Shown piece by piece: positions 19,584-29,770 of a stretch of 64,000 bases of DNA. The translations under genes were made by a program, and so were the position numbers. Origin of the DNA: Acidobacteriota bacterium (GTDB taxonomy: Bacteria > Acidobacteriota > UBA6911 > RPQK01 > JAJDTT01); contig OZ242374.1 in NCBI GenBank assembly GCA_965209055.1, forward strand, positions 2,848,001-2,912,000, read 5' to 3'. The notes under the pieces are model-generated. The model worked only from the letters and a program-made list of their open reading frames with translations. It was not told the origin of the DNA and searched no databases. How positions within the stretch are numbered: the first letter of the stretch is position 1; each line of letters begins with the position of its first letter.

Positions 19584-19770
19584 GACATTCGCGAGCCCGA
19601 GTTTCTCATCTCGGAGCGCGATGATCGGGGAGGATTTTCGCGTTCAGTTCTTGTCGAAGCCCGCCACAAGTCCGACAACCCGAGATCCAAGTCATGGCCC
19701 ACACGATTCAGCTATTCGGGCAAGTCCGGAATGGCGACCCTTGGTGGTGTCCGAGTCCAGATACTCTCAG

Positions 19771-21378
19771 CTACTGAATCAGTCCCTTCGACCGGCCATC
19801 TATTTCATTCATCATGCTTCGGCAAATCTGGTCGATCGTCGGCTCCATTGCTGTGGATTGGCCTTCGAGTTCCGAATATGCGATCCGTTGGCCTATTGCC
19901 GCGGAGCCTGCTCTGTTGGTCGATATCTCAAACAGGAATCCTTCGGAGCCCAGTTTCCAGGTCACGGATCGTGTCAAGTCGAAACGGGTGTCCCCGGTTC
20001 CCGTATATTCCTGGAAGTGATATTCTCGCTTGAGCGTGATTCCCTGCTCATTGCTGAGGCTGAAGCCTGGGATCACGATGTGCGACTGCTTGGTGTTTTC
20101 CCAATTCTTCCTCTCGAACAGATTGCTGTATTGAACCGTGTGCGATCCCTGTGACAGGAATGAATACGCGTAATACCGCCTAAACAGCGGGGAAAAGGAT
20201 TCAAATCGACTGTCCAACGTTTGAATGACTGGATTCACGTGCATCAGAAAAACGTCATCGAGAATGTCGAGATCGGACTTGTTCGGGTCGGGCCCCTTTT
20301 TTTTTCGCACAAAGATGCCGATTTCCTTGACCATGTCATCGGGTTCGCGGATCGATTTCCCCTTCGCGGCTCGAACGGCAAGATCAAGAGACCTCCGAAG
20401 GTTTTGCAGCATGAAGTGGGCGAGCGGTAGCGGTCGACCCACATCGGCGTTTTGAAGTCCACCAATGTAGTGGTCTCTTTCTCCGCTTCTAATGACGATG
20501 GGTGGAAGGTCTCTCCGAAGCAGTGCGTAGTTGGCGAGCAACCGCGCCGTGCGCCCATTGCCGTCGTCAAATGGATGAATCCGCAAGAAGCGCCAGTGTG
20601 ATGCGGCGAGGAACATGGGCAATGGGTACGCGCGCCGCGCCAGGTCCCGGTGGAAATTACGGGTCCATTCGGCCATCCGGGCGGACGTGTCCTCAGGTTC
20701 CGCGAATCGATGGAGTTCACCTGTGGCGGTTCGGACATGGTTTGGTTGTGTCTTGTATTGACCCGGAACAATGCGCTTTCGCGTCGGCTGGCCGTCCGGT
20801 GTTTCAGCCGTTTGCCAGAACGGCTCCTTGAGCAGAATCTGGTTCAGATCCCGTATATCCCCCTCGCCCAGAAGCCGCTCCCCTTGTGCGAGTCGCCGGG
20901 TGTGGTCGATGGCCACGTCGTGCGCTTTCATCTCCTCGTAGTCCCGTAACGGGTGTCCTCCAGCCGTGCGGCCGAACATGAGTAGCAATTCAGTTTCGTG
21001 ATAGGTGAGGGTGTTCCCCTCGATATGGTTGCTGTTGTAGTTCCATTCGAGCCTCAGCTTCTTCCAGAGACGTTCTTCATCTGTTGATTTCATCTCGTGG
21101 CGCCGGTCGTGCCAATTCGAAATCCGCGCCTCCAGATCCGTGAGGCGTTGGAAGAAATGAACGTGCTCCACGGTGAGTCGTGGGATATCGATGCCGAGCG
21201 AGTGGGATTCCGCGATCCACCGGGCCATGCGCTTTCTTGTTTCGGCGTCAGACGAAAGTGCCGAGTGTGCACCCGCGTCCAGGATGTACCGTCCAAGTTT
21301 CGCCTGCTCGACGATGACCTCGTCATTGGACTCAACGATCTCTGCAATTTCTCCTGAAATTGGACAGACACGCTTCAT
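19771..21378 (-). CDS. Fic domain protein (class II, intramolecular inhibitory helix) with N- and C-terminal extensions
   Basis: Canonical HPFDDGNGRTAR motif; inhibitory SNHIEGN motif N-terminal to it; lower GC than neighbours. Confidence 0.92.
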   Translation of the reverse strand: MKRVCPISGEIAEIVESNDEVIVEQAKLGRYILDAGAHSALSSDAETRKRMARWIAESHSLGIDIPRLTVEHVHFFQRLTDLEARISNWHDRRHEMKSTDEERLWKKLRLEWNYNSNHIEGNTLTYHETELLLMFGRTAGGHPLRDYEEMKAHDVAIDHTRRLAQGERLLGEGDIRDLNQILLKEPFWQTAETPDGQPTRKRIVPGQYKTQPNHVRTATGELHRFAEPEDTSARMAEWTRNFHRDLARRAYPLPMFLAASHWRFLRIHPFDDGNGRTARLLANYALLRRDLPPIVIRSGERDHYIGGLQNADVGRPLPLAHFMLQNLRRSLDLAVRAAKGKSIREPDDMVKEIGIFVRKKKGPDPNKSDLDILDDVFLMHVNPVIQTLDSRFESFSPLFRRYYAYSFLSQGSHTVQYSNLFERKNWENTKQSHIVIPGFSLSNEQGITLKREYHFQEYTGTGDTRFDLTRSVTWKLGSEGFLFEISTNRAGSAAIGQRIAYSELEGQSTAMEPTIDQICRSMMNEIDGRSKGLIQ

Positions 21379-21562
21379 CGCATTAGCTCCCGGCCCTGAC
21401 TTGGATGAGGTGGAGCGTTGTCCGGAGACCCAAATCAATCACCTGTCCGGAGAGTTCTGCCTCCAATATAGCAAGCCCGGTCTCGTGGAGGACGCTTGTG
21501 CGCCGGTAGCGTTCAGTGCGTCGGAGCTGTCGGGACCGCTGCCATTTCCGGGAACCGCCGGA

Positions 21563-22411
21563 CTAGTATCGGCACGTATCCGGCTCGGACTTGACGTAGT
21601 AGCTCTTGTAGTTCGAGGCGTCCGGATCCATGCATCCGGCCAGGTTCAGCAGCTCGACCTTGCGGAACTCGATGGGGTGGCTCTCGCTCTGCAATGAGAT
21701 GTAGCCGCTCTCGAGCAGTTCGCCGTCCCGCTTGAATGCCGGATCGTGACCGTCGACGTTCCCGCCGCCGATCTGCGGCATTTCGTATTCCAGCACGACC
21801 TCCCCTTCGGCGATGTGACGGATCACGGCGCTGCCCAGCACCATCACCTCAGCCCGGACCCATTGGTCTCCGTGATAGGTCTTCGACCGGGACTTGATGC
21901 AGTGCCTCGTGTCGAGTTTTCCGTTGACCACCACGTTCGTCCCGGGCGTGCAGAGGTTCATGGTGGTTCGTTCCCGTTCGCCGTCTCCACCGAGCAGTTG
22001 GACCTCGATGGAGATGGGGAAGTCCTGGTCGCGGCCCATGGTCTCCGGCGCCGGCGAGTGCATCATGATGCCGCTGTTGCGAAGGGCCCATTCCGGACCG
22101 CCCTTTGCCTGTTGGCCCACAAACCGGTATTCCACGACGAGAATGTAGTAGGAGAACGGACGCTCGTAGAAGATGTGGCCGAATCGTGCGTCAAAGGGAC
22201 CTTCGTACGCCTCGTAGCCGACCTGCATCACCCCGTCCGTGACACGGAAGGTGTTTCCGATATTGACTCCCGTCTCGTGGCCGCGAACCTTGGGGACCCA
22301 GCCGTCCAGGTTCCTGCCGTTGAAGAGTTGGATCCAATCCTCCTTTTCGCGCGCCTGGACCCCCACAGTCAAAGCCGTCAGCAGGAAAAAACAGCCGAGT
22401 CTCCACCGCAC
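21563..22411 (-). CDS. DUF1080 / 3-keto-disaccharide hydrolase family secreted protein (start uncertain)
   Basis: WIQLFNGRNLDGW, NSGIM, SIEVQLL, GYISLQSESHPIEFRKVEL; signal peptide after GTG 22411. Confidence 0.88.
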   Translation of the reverse strand: MRWRLGCFFLLTALTVGVQAREKEDWIQLFNGRNLDGWVPKVRGHETGVNIGNTFRVTDGVMQVGYEAYEGPFDARFGHIFYERPFSYYILVVEYRFVGQQAKGGPEWALRNSGIMMHSPAPETMGRDQDFPISIEVQLLGGDGERERTTMNLCTPGTNVVVNGKLDTRHCIKSRSKTYHGDQWVRAEVMVLGSAVIRHIAEGEVVLEYEMPQIGGGNVDGHDPAFKRDGELLESGYISLQSESHPIEFRKVELLNLAGCMDPDASNYKSYYVKSEPDTCRY

Positions 22412-22430
22412 CTTAGGGCCGAGTATAGTC

Positions 22431-22661
22431 GCAAATGCACTCGCCATTACACGAGATGATCCGGGTCCGGACGAGCCAGGATGGCGAAACATGAGCAGGG
22501 TGGGCCCAGTGGTGTTGATCGTGGTTCATACTTGCCCGGGAGTCGATTACGAGAGCGGGGAGCAGTTCGGAAGCATCATCAGCGCCCGCAAGGCGTCGAG
22601 ACGGGAGAGAGCCGCTTATGAAGAAGGGGAGCACCAGGTTGGCCAACCATCGCAACGCTGA
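22431..22661 (+). pseudogene. brnT: BrnT toxin remnant (N-terminus missing)
   Basis: Frame reads ...DEPGWRNMSRVGPVVLIVVHT...GSIISARKASRRERAAYEEG, matching the BrnT C-terminal LxVVHT...RIISARKAxxxERxxY pattern; no N-terminal FEWD segment. Confidence 0.7.
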
Positions 22662-22842
22662 GCTTTCGGCACTCGAAGAGTTGCCCGATGATCGGATCGA
22701 TACCGCGGACGTTCCCGAGCTTCTCGATTGGTCGGAGGCCAGGCGGGGCGCGTTCTACAGGCCCGCAAAACAGCAGATCAGACCCCATGACGGCCAAGAC
22801 TCGTGCCCCATCAGCATTGCCGGTGACGATACCTGTGACTGA
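22618..22842 (+). pseudogene. brnA: BrnA antitoxin remnant (homology stops at about 22782, RHH domain lost)
   Basis: ELSALEELPDDRIDTADVPELLDWSEARRGAFYRPAKQQI then diverges where TLRLDADV..WF..GYQT is expected; overlaps brnT end. Confidence 0.75.
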
Positions 22843-23016
22843 TTCCTCCACCTCCCGGGTCAGCCCGTCGAGAATGTCACTGCAGGCAGTCAAATGACTC
22901 CTTGCGGCATCGAATATGCCGCGATCCGACTCACCTCTGGGCTTGAAGGACTGGGCTAAACGCGGGGGTTCGCGTGTTCCGTTCGGGAGAGACTCCCGGT
23001 GACGGCCAACACGCAA

Positions 23017-23205
23017 CTAACCCGCGCCACCGCTTCTGTTCCTTTTGAGTCTCGACAGAAGCAGGGTTCCCAACCCCAGCAGGATCTCGTCGGCGAAGGG
23101 GACGAGATCGGGGATCAGCACGTCCAGAAAGAAGACGGCGGCCGTGAGCAGGAACAGGTAGGGGAATCGAAGCTGGGAGAGAAAATCGGAGATTGTAGAA
23201 GGCAT
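23017..23205 (-). CDS. Small membrane protein, DUF6116-like
   Basis: LRFPYLFLLTAAVFFLDVLIPDLVPFADEILLGLGTLLL pattern. Confidence 0.75.
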   Translation of the reverse strand: MPSTISDFLSQLRFPYLFLLTAAVFFLDVLIPDLVPFADEILLGLGTLLLSRLKRNRSGGAG

Positions 23206-23353
23206 GGCGGCGCTGCTCCGGGACGCAGTCAGTCTAGCAGATCGAATCGGCTCGACCCGCTGTCCTCGCCGGCCCGCGCCGATTGAGTTTCAGTTCGGGA
23301 CAAGTGTATTCTGCCGCCGTTTTCACTCACTGAAAACCGTAAGGAGAACAATC

Positions 23354-24151
23354 ATGCGATTGCAGGATCGGGTCGCCGTGGTGACGGGCGGCGGGGGCGG
23401 CATCGGCTCCGGGATCTGCCTGGCGCTGGCTCGCGACGGGGCCGACGTGGTGGTTTCGGACATCGACGTGGAAGCGGCGGAACGCTGCGCCGCGCAGGTG
23501 CGGGAGCTGGGGCGCGGGTCCCTGGTCGTCCGGGCGGACGTCACCCTCACACAGGATTGCCTCGGCCTGGTGGAAGCCGGACGGAAGGCGTTCGGCAAGA
23601 TCGACATCCTGGTCAACAACGCCGGGCTCTTCGGAAGGCGGATCGGCATGCCCTTCACGAACCAGGTGGAAGAGGACTGGGACAACTGCTACCGGGTCAA
23701 CGTCAAGGGGCCGTTCCTGCTCTCCAAGGCGGTGGCGCCGCACATGATGGAGCGCCGGTACGGCAAGATCATCAACATTTCTTCCATTGCCGCCCGGCGG
23801 GATGCCCAGATCCTGCCGGATTACACCGCCGCCAAGAACGCCGTGCTGAGCCTGACCCGGGTCACGGCCAAGGATCTGGCCCCCTACAACGTCAACGTGA
23901 ACGCAATCTGCCCGGGCATGATCTGGTCCCCGTTCTGGCACCGGTTGGCTCCCATGATCGGTGCGCACCCCGATTTCGACGTCGAGGATCCTCGCCAGAT
24001 GTTCGAGCAATGGGTCAAGAGCGCCACTCCCATGCAGCGGGAGCAGACCCCCGAAGACATCGGTCACCTGGCGGCCTTCCTGGCCTCCGACGAGGCCCGC
24101 AACATCACGGGTCAGACCATCTGCGTGGACGGCGGCGCGGCCATGGGATAA
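23354..24151 (+). CDS. Short-chain dehydrogenase/reductase (SDR)
   Basis: TGGGGGIG, NNAG, YTAAK, NVNAICPG, ITGQTICVDGG; AAGGAG RBS. Confidence 0.95.
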   Translation: MRLQDRVAVVTGGGGGIGSGICLALARDGADVVVSDIDVEAAERCAAQVRELGRGSLVVRADVTLTQDCLGLVEAGRKAFGKIDILVNNAGLFGRRIGMPFTNQVEEDWDNCYRVNVKGPFLLSKAVAPHMMERRYGKIINISSIAARRDAQILPDYTAAKNAVLSLTRVTAKDLAPYNVNVNAICPGMIWSPFWHRLAPMIGAHPDFDVEDPRQMFEQWVKSATPMQREQTPEDIGHLAAFLASDEARNITGQTICVDGGAAMG

Positions 24152-24224
24152 TGGCCCCGCCGGTCCGGAACCGGCGGAGTCTCCCGCACTTGCATCGGTG
24201 GGAATGGGGATAAGGGAAAAAACG

Positions 24225-25673
24225 ATGGCTATGGACCATGAACTGGCGTATCAACCCCTCAGTCGGCTCCGGGAACTCATCGCGTCCAGGGATCTGTCGC
24301 CGGTGGAGCTGGTGGAGGCCACGCTGGAGAGGATCGACCATTACAACTCCAGGCTGGGGGCCTTCATCACCGTCACCCACGATCTGGCGCTGGAGCAGGC
24401 GCGGGAAGCGGAGGCGGCGGTCCTGGCGGGCGAGCCTCTGGGACCTCTGCACGGTATTCCCGTGCCCATCAAGGATCTGGAGGGCGTCAAGGGGGTCCGC
24501 TTCACCCACGGCTCGGTTCCGGCCGATGAGGTCGCCGCCAGCGACGCCCTCTGCGTGGAGCGGGTGAAGGACGCCGGCGGGATCATCATCGGCAAGACCA
24601 ATACCCCCGAGTTCGGCTTCTCCGGCACCACCGAGAATCTGATCTACGGTCCCTGCCGGAATCCCTGGAACCCCGAGAGGACGTCCGGAGGGTCCAGCGG
24701 CGGTGCGGGCGCCGCGGTGGCAGCCGGGCTCACCGCGGTGGCGCAAGGCAGCGACGGAGGCGGGAGCATCCGAATCCCCTCTTGCCTGAACGGAATCTAC
24801 GGCCTCAAGGCCACCCAGGGCCGCATCCCGCGCCGCCACGCGGACATGAGTTCCTGGAATCCCATCAACAACTCCTCGGTCGGTCCCATGACCCGGACCG
24901 TCCGGGACGCCGCCATTCTCGCAACCGCCCTGGCCGGACCCGCCCCGGACGCCGAGTACGGGACCATCCCGGAGGAGCCTCCCGACTTCGAGGCGGCGGT
25001 GGGCCGGGGAGTTCGCGGTCTGAGAGTCGGGTTCAATCTGGATCTGGGGGGAGCCGTCGTGGACCCCCAAGTCGCGGAGCGTGTCGTGAGCGCGGTGCTG
25101 GTGTTCGTCGAGTTGGGCGCCCGGGTGGAGGAGGTCACCTTCGGCCCGGAACACAATGAGGTGATGTTTCAGGATTTCTTCGACTACTTCGCGGCCAAGG
25201 GCTACGCCTGCCTCGGACAGTTCCTGGACGATCACAAGTCCCGGGAACAGCTCACCGACTATTTCAGGGAGACTCTGGAGCATGGCCGCAGCCTGTCGGC
25301 GGCGGACTGCTACCGCTCGCTCAACAAGATCGGGTTCTATCGGGCCGAGACGGCCCGTTTCTTCGGCGACTATGACCTCCTGCTGACCCCCGTGACCTCG
25401 GTGTGGGCGTTTCCCATCGGACGGCCTCCCGAAGTGGTTGCGGGCCGCCGGCTCTCCAGGCCGGCCTGGCGATTCTTTCCCTTCACCTTTCCGTTCAATG
25501 TGACGGAGAATCCGGCGGCCAGCGTCCCCTGCGGTTTCTCCGACGACGGACTGCCCATCGGGCTGCAGATCGTGGGCCGTTGGGGCGACGAGGAGACGGT
25601 GCTGGCCGCGTCCGCGGCTTTCGAGGAAGCGCGGCCCTGGGCCGACAGGCGTCCCCCCGAATTCGACGATTGA
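24225..25673 (+). CDS. Amidase signature family protein
   Basis: GPLHGIPVPIKD, GKTNTPEFG, GGSSGG, GSDGGGSIRIP, GLPIGLQIVG. Confidence 0.95.
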   Translation: MAMDHELAYQPLSRLRELIASRDLSPVELVEATLERIDHYNSRLGAFITVTHDLALEQAREAEAAVLAGEPLGPLHGIPVPIKDLEGVKGVRFTHGSVPADEVAASDALCVERVKDAGGIIIGKTNTPEFGFSGTTENLIYGPCRNPWNPERTSGGSSGGAGAAVAAGLTAVAQGSDGGGSIRIPSCLNGIYGLKATQGRIPRRHADMSSWNPINNSSVGPMTRTVRDAAILATALAGPAPDAEYGTIPEEPPDFEAAVGRGVRGLRVGFNLDLGGAVVDPQVAERVVSAVLVFVELGARVEEVTFGPEHNEVMFQDFFDYFAAKGYACLGQFLDDHKSREQLTDYFRETLEHGRSLSAADCYRSLNKIGFYRAETARFFGDYDLLLTPVTSVWAFPIGRPPEVVAGRRLSRPAWRFFPFTFPFNVTENPAASVPCGFSDDGLPIGLQIVGRWGDEETVLAASAAFEEARPWADRRPPEFDD

Positions 25674-25711
25674 CATCCGGATTTCATCATTCATCAAGGG
25701 AGTGAAACCCA

Positions 25712-26752
25712 ATGACCAATGGATCGCCGGGCGAACCGGTTCGAGTCGTGAATGTGGACTGCTATCTCGCGGAGAAGAGCGACAACTATGCCGACGAGAG
25801 GAAAACGATCGAAGATCTGGGCGGCGAGTTGGTTCTGAAGCGGGCGCTCACCGAAGAGGAGATCATCGAGACCTGCGCCGGAGCCCGGATCATTTTGAGC
25901 GAAGGCCTGTCCAGTCCCATCAGCAGGCGGGTGATCGAAAACCTGGACGACTGCTGGGCCCTGGGACGTTACGGGATCGGCGTGGACAACATCGACGTCG
26001 AAGCCGCCACCGACCATGGGATCATCGTCTTCAACGTGGCGGACTACTGCGTCAATGAGGTGGCGGACCACGCCGCGGCCCTGGTCCTGGCCTGCGCGCG
26101 TCGCGTCGTGAGTTCTGATCGATATGTCAGGTCGGGCGGTTGGTCCGATCCGCCGTTGGACCCGCCGCTGCGCCGGCTTGATCGTCTCACCGTGGGGTTG
26201 GTCGGATTCGGGAACATCGGCCGCCGTGTGGTCCCGCGGCTCCGGGGATTCGGTATGCGGATCATCGCCACCGATCCCTTTGTGGATCCGGAAATCGCAT
26301 CGGATCTGGACGTGGAGTTGACCTCGTTGGAACGGGTCATGAAGGAGTCGGACTTCGTCTCCATTCATACCTTTTTGAACCCCAGCACCCGGCATCTCAT
26401 CGGAGCTCACGAAATCGGCCTGATGAAGCCCACGGCTTTTCTCATCAACACCAGCCGCGGCGGGGTGGTGGACGAGGAAGCTCTGATCGCGGCTCTGAAG
26501 GACCGCCGGATCGGGGGAGCCGGCCTGGACGTGACGGATCAGGAGCCGCTCGCCGCCGACAGTCCCCTGAGAAGCCTGGAGAATGCCATCGTCACGCCGC
26601 ACCATGGAGCCGCATCCGTGGAAGCCCTGGCCGACGTTTTCCGTGGAGTGACCGAGGCGGTCTCCTGTCTGATGCAGGGTTACTGGCCTCCCTTTCCCTT
26701 CAATCCCACGGTCCGGCCCCGGTTGGAGTTGAAGCCGTACGCCGACCGGTAG
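25712..26752 (+). CDS. D-isomer-specific 2-hydroxyacid dehydrogenase (CtBP-like)
   Basis: RYGIGVDNID, GLVGFGNIG, INTSRGGVVDE, GAGLDV, TPH. Confidence 0.93.
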   Translation: MTNGSPGEPVRVVNVDCYLAEKSDNYADERKTIEDLGGELVLKRALTEEEIIETCAGARIILSEGLSSPISRRVIENLDDCWALGRYGIGVDNIDVEAATDHGIIVFNVADYCVNEVADHAAALVLACARRVVSSDRYVRSGGWSDPPLDPPLRRLDRLTVGLVGFGNIGRRVVPRLRGFGMRIIATDPFVDPEIASDLDVELTSLERVMKESDFVSIHTFLNPSTRHLIGAHEIGLMKPTAFLINTSRGGVVDEEALIAALKDRRIGGAGLDVTDQEPLAADSPLRSLENAIVTPHHGAASVEALADVFRGVTEAVSCLMQGYWPPFPFNPTVRPRLELKPYADR

Positions 26753-26809
26753 CGGCTCGGCCGTCAGGGTCGTCTCCGGGGCCGAACGCACCCGAGAGCT
26801 CTTGATTCC

Positions 26810-27769
26810 ATGTTCTTGGGCATCGAAATCGGCGGGACCAAACTCCAGTTCGGTGTCGGCGCCGGAGACGGGACTCCCCCGGTCTCCCTGACACGCCGGA
26901 GAGTCGATCCCCCGGCCGGCGCGGCGGGCATCCTGGAGATGATTCGCGAGGCGGCTGCCGAATTGGCGTCGGCCCATTCCATTCGAGGGGTCGGGGTGGG
27001 TTTCGGCGGTCCGGTGGACGGAGCGAAGGGCCGGGTGCGCAAGAGCCACCACATCGCCGGCTGGGAGAACTACCCTCTGGTCGACTGGTTCCGCCGGAAT
27101 CTGGATTTGCCGGCCGTGCTGGGAAACGATTGCGACGTGGCCGCGTTGGCCGAGAGCCGCATCGGGGCGGGCCGGGGAAAGCACTCGGTCTTTTTCGTGA
27201 CGGTGGGAACGGGCGTGGGAGGCGGCTACGTCGTGAACGGGCGGCTCCAGGGCCAGGGGAGACCGTCGGTGTCCGAGATCGGGCATCTCCGCCCGGGACT
27301 GGACGCAGCGGATCCGGACCGAATCGTGGAAAGCCTGGCCAGCGGATGGTCCATTGCCGAATTTGTCCGCAGGAGGCTGAGTGCCGCGAAGTGCGATTCG
27401 AACCCGATCGATGGCCGGCTTCTGGAGCTCTGCCACGGAGACCCGGCGCGTCTGACCGCCAGGATGGTCGCCGACGCGGCTCGATCCGGGGACCCGCTGG
27501 CACTGGCCGCGTTCCGGCGGGCCACCCGGGGGCTGGGGTGGGCCATTGCCCAGGTCTTGACTCTGCTGGCGCCTGAGTTGATCGTGATCGGCGGCGGAGT
27601 GAGCCAGAGTGGCGAGGAACTGTTCTTCGCCCCGATTCGAAACGAGATCGAGCGGTACGTTTTCCCACCGCTCGCCGGGACGTATCAGGTCGTTCCGGCA
27701 AGATTGGGTGAAACGGTAGTGGTGGAAGGAGCCCTGCTCTTGGCCGGAACCGAGTGGAGTCGAGGTTGA
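26810..27769 (+). CDS. ROK family sugar kinase
   Basis: GIEIGGTK, GVGFGGP, NDCDVAALAE, GTGVGGG, EIGH. Confidence 0.92.
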   Translation: MFLGIEIGGTKLQFGVGAGDGTPPVSLTRRRVDPPAGAAGILEMIREAAAELASAHSIRGVGVGFGGPVDGAKGRVRKSHHIAGWENYPLVDWFRRNLDLPAVLGNDCDVAALAESRIGAGRGKHSVFFVTVGTGVGGGYVVNGRLQGQGRPSVSEIGHLRPGLDAADPDRIVESLASGWSIAEFVRRRLSAAKCDSNPIDGRLLELCHGDPARLTARMVADAARSGDPLALAAFRRATRGLGWAIAQVLTLLAPELIVIGGGVSQSGEELFFAPIRNEIERYVFPPLAGTYQVVPARLGETVVVEGALLLAGTEWSRG

Positions 27770-28584
27770 AGCGTTCAATTTACGCAATTTTCGTCATGCT
27801 GGCCTGGGCTGGAACCTGCGGTATTTCCCTGGGGCAGAGTTCCCCCGCGCAGCCCTCGGAGAAAGAAATCCTTTCCCGGGCTCTGGAACGAAGCTTGGCC
27901 AACGACAGGCGGCGTTCGGAACAGGCCTATTCCTTTCGACACCTCCGGATCTCGGAGAAACTGAACAAGCAGGCCCAACCGACCCGGGTCGAAAGGCGCC
28001 TCTACCAAGTCGTTCCCGTAGGCAACGTCCGCTATGAGAGGTTGCTGGAGAAGGACGGAAAGCCCCTGAACGAGAAGGAGCAGGAGACCGAACGCCGGAA
28101 CGAGCAAAAATTCCGTCGGAGTATTGAGAGGGCCGGGGATGGCGGCAGGCCGGACGAAGATGAAATCCGGTTCAACCGGGATTTGGTGGACCGGTATCAC
28201 TTTCGAGTGGAAGGGGCGGAGGAGCTGCATGGCCGGGAGGTCTACCGGCTGACCTTTGAGCCCAAGAGCGGAAAGCTGCCTGTCAGGCGACGAATCGACC
28301 GTGCCCTGAACAACTCCTGCGGCTCGGTCTGGTTGGACCAGGAGTCGTACGAGATCGTCCGAGTCGAGTTCGAGCTCATGCGTCCGACGCGAATCTGGGG
28401 GGGAATCCTGGGTTCCATCTCACGCGTCGATGGAAGGCTGGATCGGAAAGAAGGCCGGGACGGCCACTGGTTTCCCAGTTATTTCCGGCTCTACCTCAAT
28501 GGGAGGATCCTGTTCCGGTCCCTGCACAGCCGGCTCGAGTCCCACTGGAGCGATTTCGTGCCGGTGGCAGAGCGCTCCGAATAG
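27766..28584 (+). CDS. Secreted hypothetical protein, possible LolA/RseB-like fold (copy A)
   Basis: Signal peptide; TTGA overlap with ROK stop; FEPK and GSVWLDQESYEIVRVE motifs; paralogue at 28895. Confidence 0.75.
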   Translation: MKRSIYAIFVMLAWAGTCGISLGQSSPAQPSEKEILSRALERSLANDRRRSEQAYSFRHLRISEKLNKQAQPTRVERRLYQVVPVGNVRYERLLEKDGKPLNEKEQETERRNEQKFRRSIERAGDGGRPDEDEIRFNRDLVDRYHFRVEGAEELHGREVYRLTFEPKSGKLPVRRRIDRALNNSCGSVWLDQESYEIVRVEFELMRPTRIWGGILGSISRVDGRLDRKEGRDGHWFPSYFRLYLNGRILFRSLHSRLESHWSDFVPVAERSE

Positions 28585-28594
28585 TCCGGTGAAG

Positions 28595-28657
28595 TCATCG
28601 CCCCGCCAGGCAGCCGCCGTCGACGCTCACGGGCTGGCCGGTGAGGTACGAAGCGGC
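28595..28657 (-). pseudogene. Duplicated 3' tail of the SDR at 29721-30488
   Basis: Translates AASYLTGQPVSVDGGCLAGR* versus AASYLTGQPVSVDGGSLAGR* in the intact gene. Confidence 0.85.
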
Positions 28658-28673
28658 TCGGTTCGGAGATCCC

Positions 28674-28898
28674 GTTGCCCAGGTTCTGAACCTGCTGGCG
28701 CCTCGGATCATCGTGATGGGAGGTGGGGTGAGCCTGAGTGGCGAGGAGTTGTACTTCGCCCCGATTCGAAATGAAATCGAGCGGTACGTTTTCCCACCGC
28801 TCGCCGGGACGCATCAGGTCGTTCCGGCAAGATTGGATGAAACTGTTGTGGTGGAAGGAGCCGTGCTCTTGGCCGGAATCGAGTGGAGTCCATCGTGA
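28674..28898 (+). pseudogene. Duplicated 3' fragment of the ROK kinase gene
   Basis: VAQVLNLLAPRIIVMGGGVSLSGEELYFAPIRNEIERYVFPPLAGT... nearly matches the last ~74 aa of 26810-27769. Confidence 0.88.
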
Positions 28899-29770
28899 GG
28901 CGTTCGATCTGCGTCGTTGGTCTGCTGGCCTGGACCGTAACGGGAGCCCGGTTGTGGGGGCAGGACCCCGCACCTCAGCCCTCCGAGAAGGAGGTCCTTG
29001 CCCGGGCCCTGGAACGGGGCCTGGCCCGGGAACAGCAGGGTGTGGATCAACGTTATACGCACCGGCTGCTCCGGGTGGTGGAGAAGTTGGACCGGGACTC
29101 CCGTCCCGTCCGGGTCGAGAAGTTCCTGTACCAGGTGGTGTACATCGACGGAATGCGCTACGAGAGACTGCTGGAGAAGGACGGAAAACCGCTGGGGAAG
29201 CGGGAAAAGGAGGCCGAGCGTCGGAAAGAGGAGGACTTTCGGCGCCGCTTGCGGAAAGACGGGGATGGGGACAGCTTGAACGCGCGGGTGTTCCGCTTCA
29301 ACCGCGAATTGGTGGACCGGTATCGATTTCGTCTCACCGGGACCGGCGAGGTCAACGGACGCCAGGCGTTCGTCGTGAGCTTCGAGCCCAAGAGCGAAAA
29401 GCTTCCGGTCCGGCACAGAGTCGACCGGGCCCTGAACAACTCCAGAGGCCGCGTCTGGCTCGACCAGGAGTCGTACGACATCGCCCGGGTCGAGTTCCGG
29501 ATGTTTCGGACCACCCGGTTCGGGTGGGGCATCCTGGGTTCCATATCCCACGTCGAGGGCATGCTGGAGTGCCGGGAAGGGGAGGGCGGGAATTGGTTCC
29601 CGAGTCTTTTTCGGATCTATCTCAAGGGGAGGGTCCTGTTTCGATCCATGCACACCCGGCGGACCTCCCACTGGAGTGATTTCGAGCCGGTTGCGGAGGC
29701 GCCTTCGCAGTCGAGCCGGGTCACCTCCCGGCCAGAGAGCCTCCGTCCACGCTCACGGGCTGGCCGGTGA
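28895..29770 (+). CDS. Secreted hypothetical protein (copy B), C-terminus overlaps convergent SDR by 50 bp
   Basis: Paralogue of 27766-28584; GTGA overlap with ROK remnant stop; CAG where copy A has TAG. Confidence 0.75.
   Translation: MRRSICVVGLLAWTVTGARLWGQDPAPQPSEKEVLARALERGLAREQQGVDQRYTHRLLRVVEKLDRDSRPVRVEKFLYQVVYIDGMRYERLLEKDGKPLGKREKEAERRKEEDFRRRLRKDGDGDSLNARVFRFNRELVDRYRFRLTGTGEVNGRQAFVVSFEPKSEKLPVRHRVDRALNNSRGRVWLDQESYDIARVEFRMFRTTRFGWGILGSISHVEGMLECREGEGGNWFPSLFRIYLKGRVLFRSMHTRRTSHWSDFEPVAEAPSQSSRVTSRPESLRPRSRAGR

Noticed and set aside
22783-23016. Possible integrase or other gene fragment after brnA
   Set aside because: Only a weak MLMGHES resemblance in a stop-interrupted frame; not supportable.
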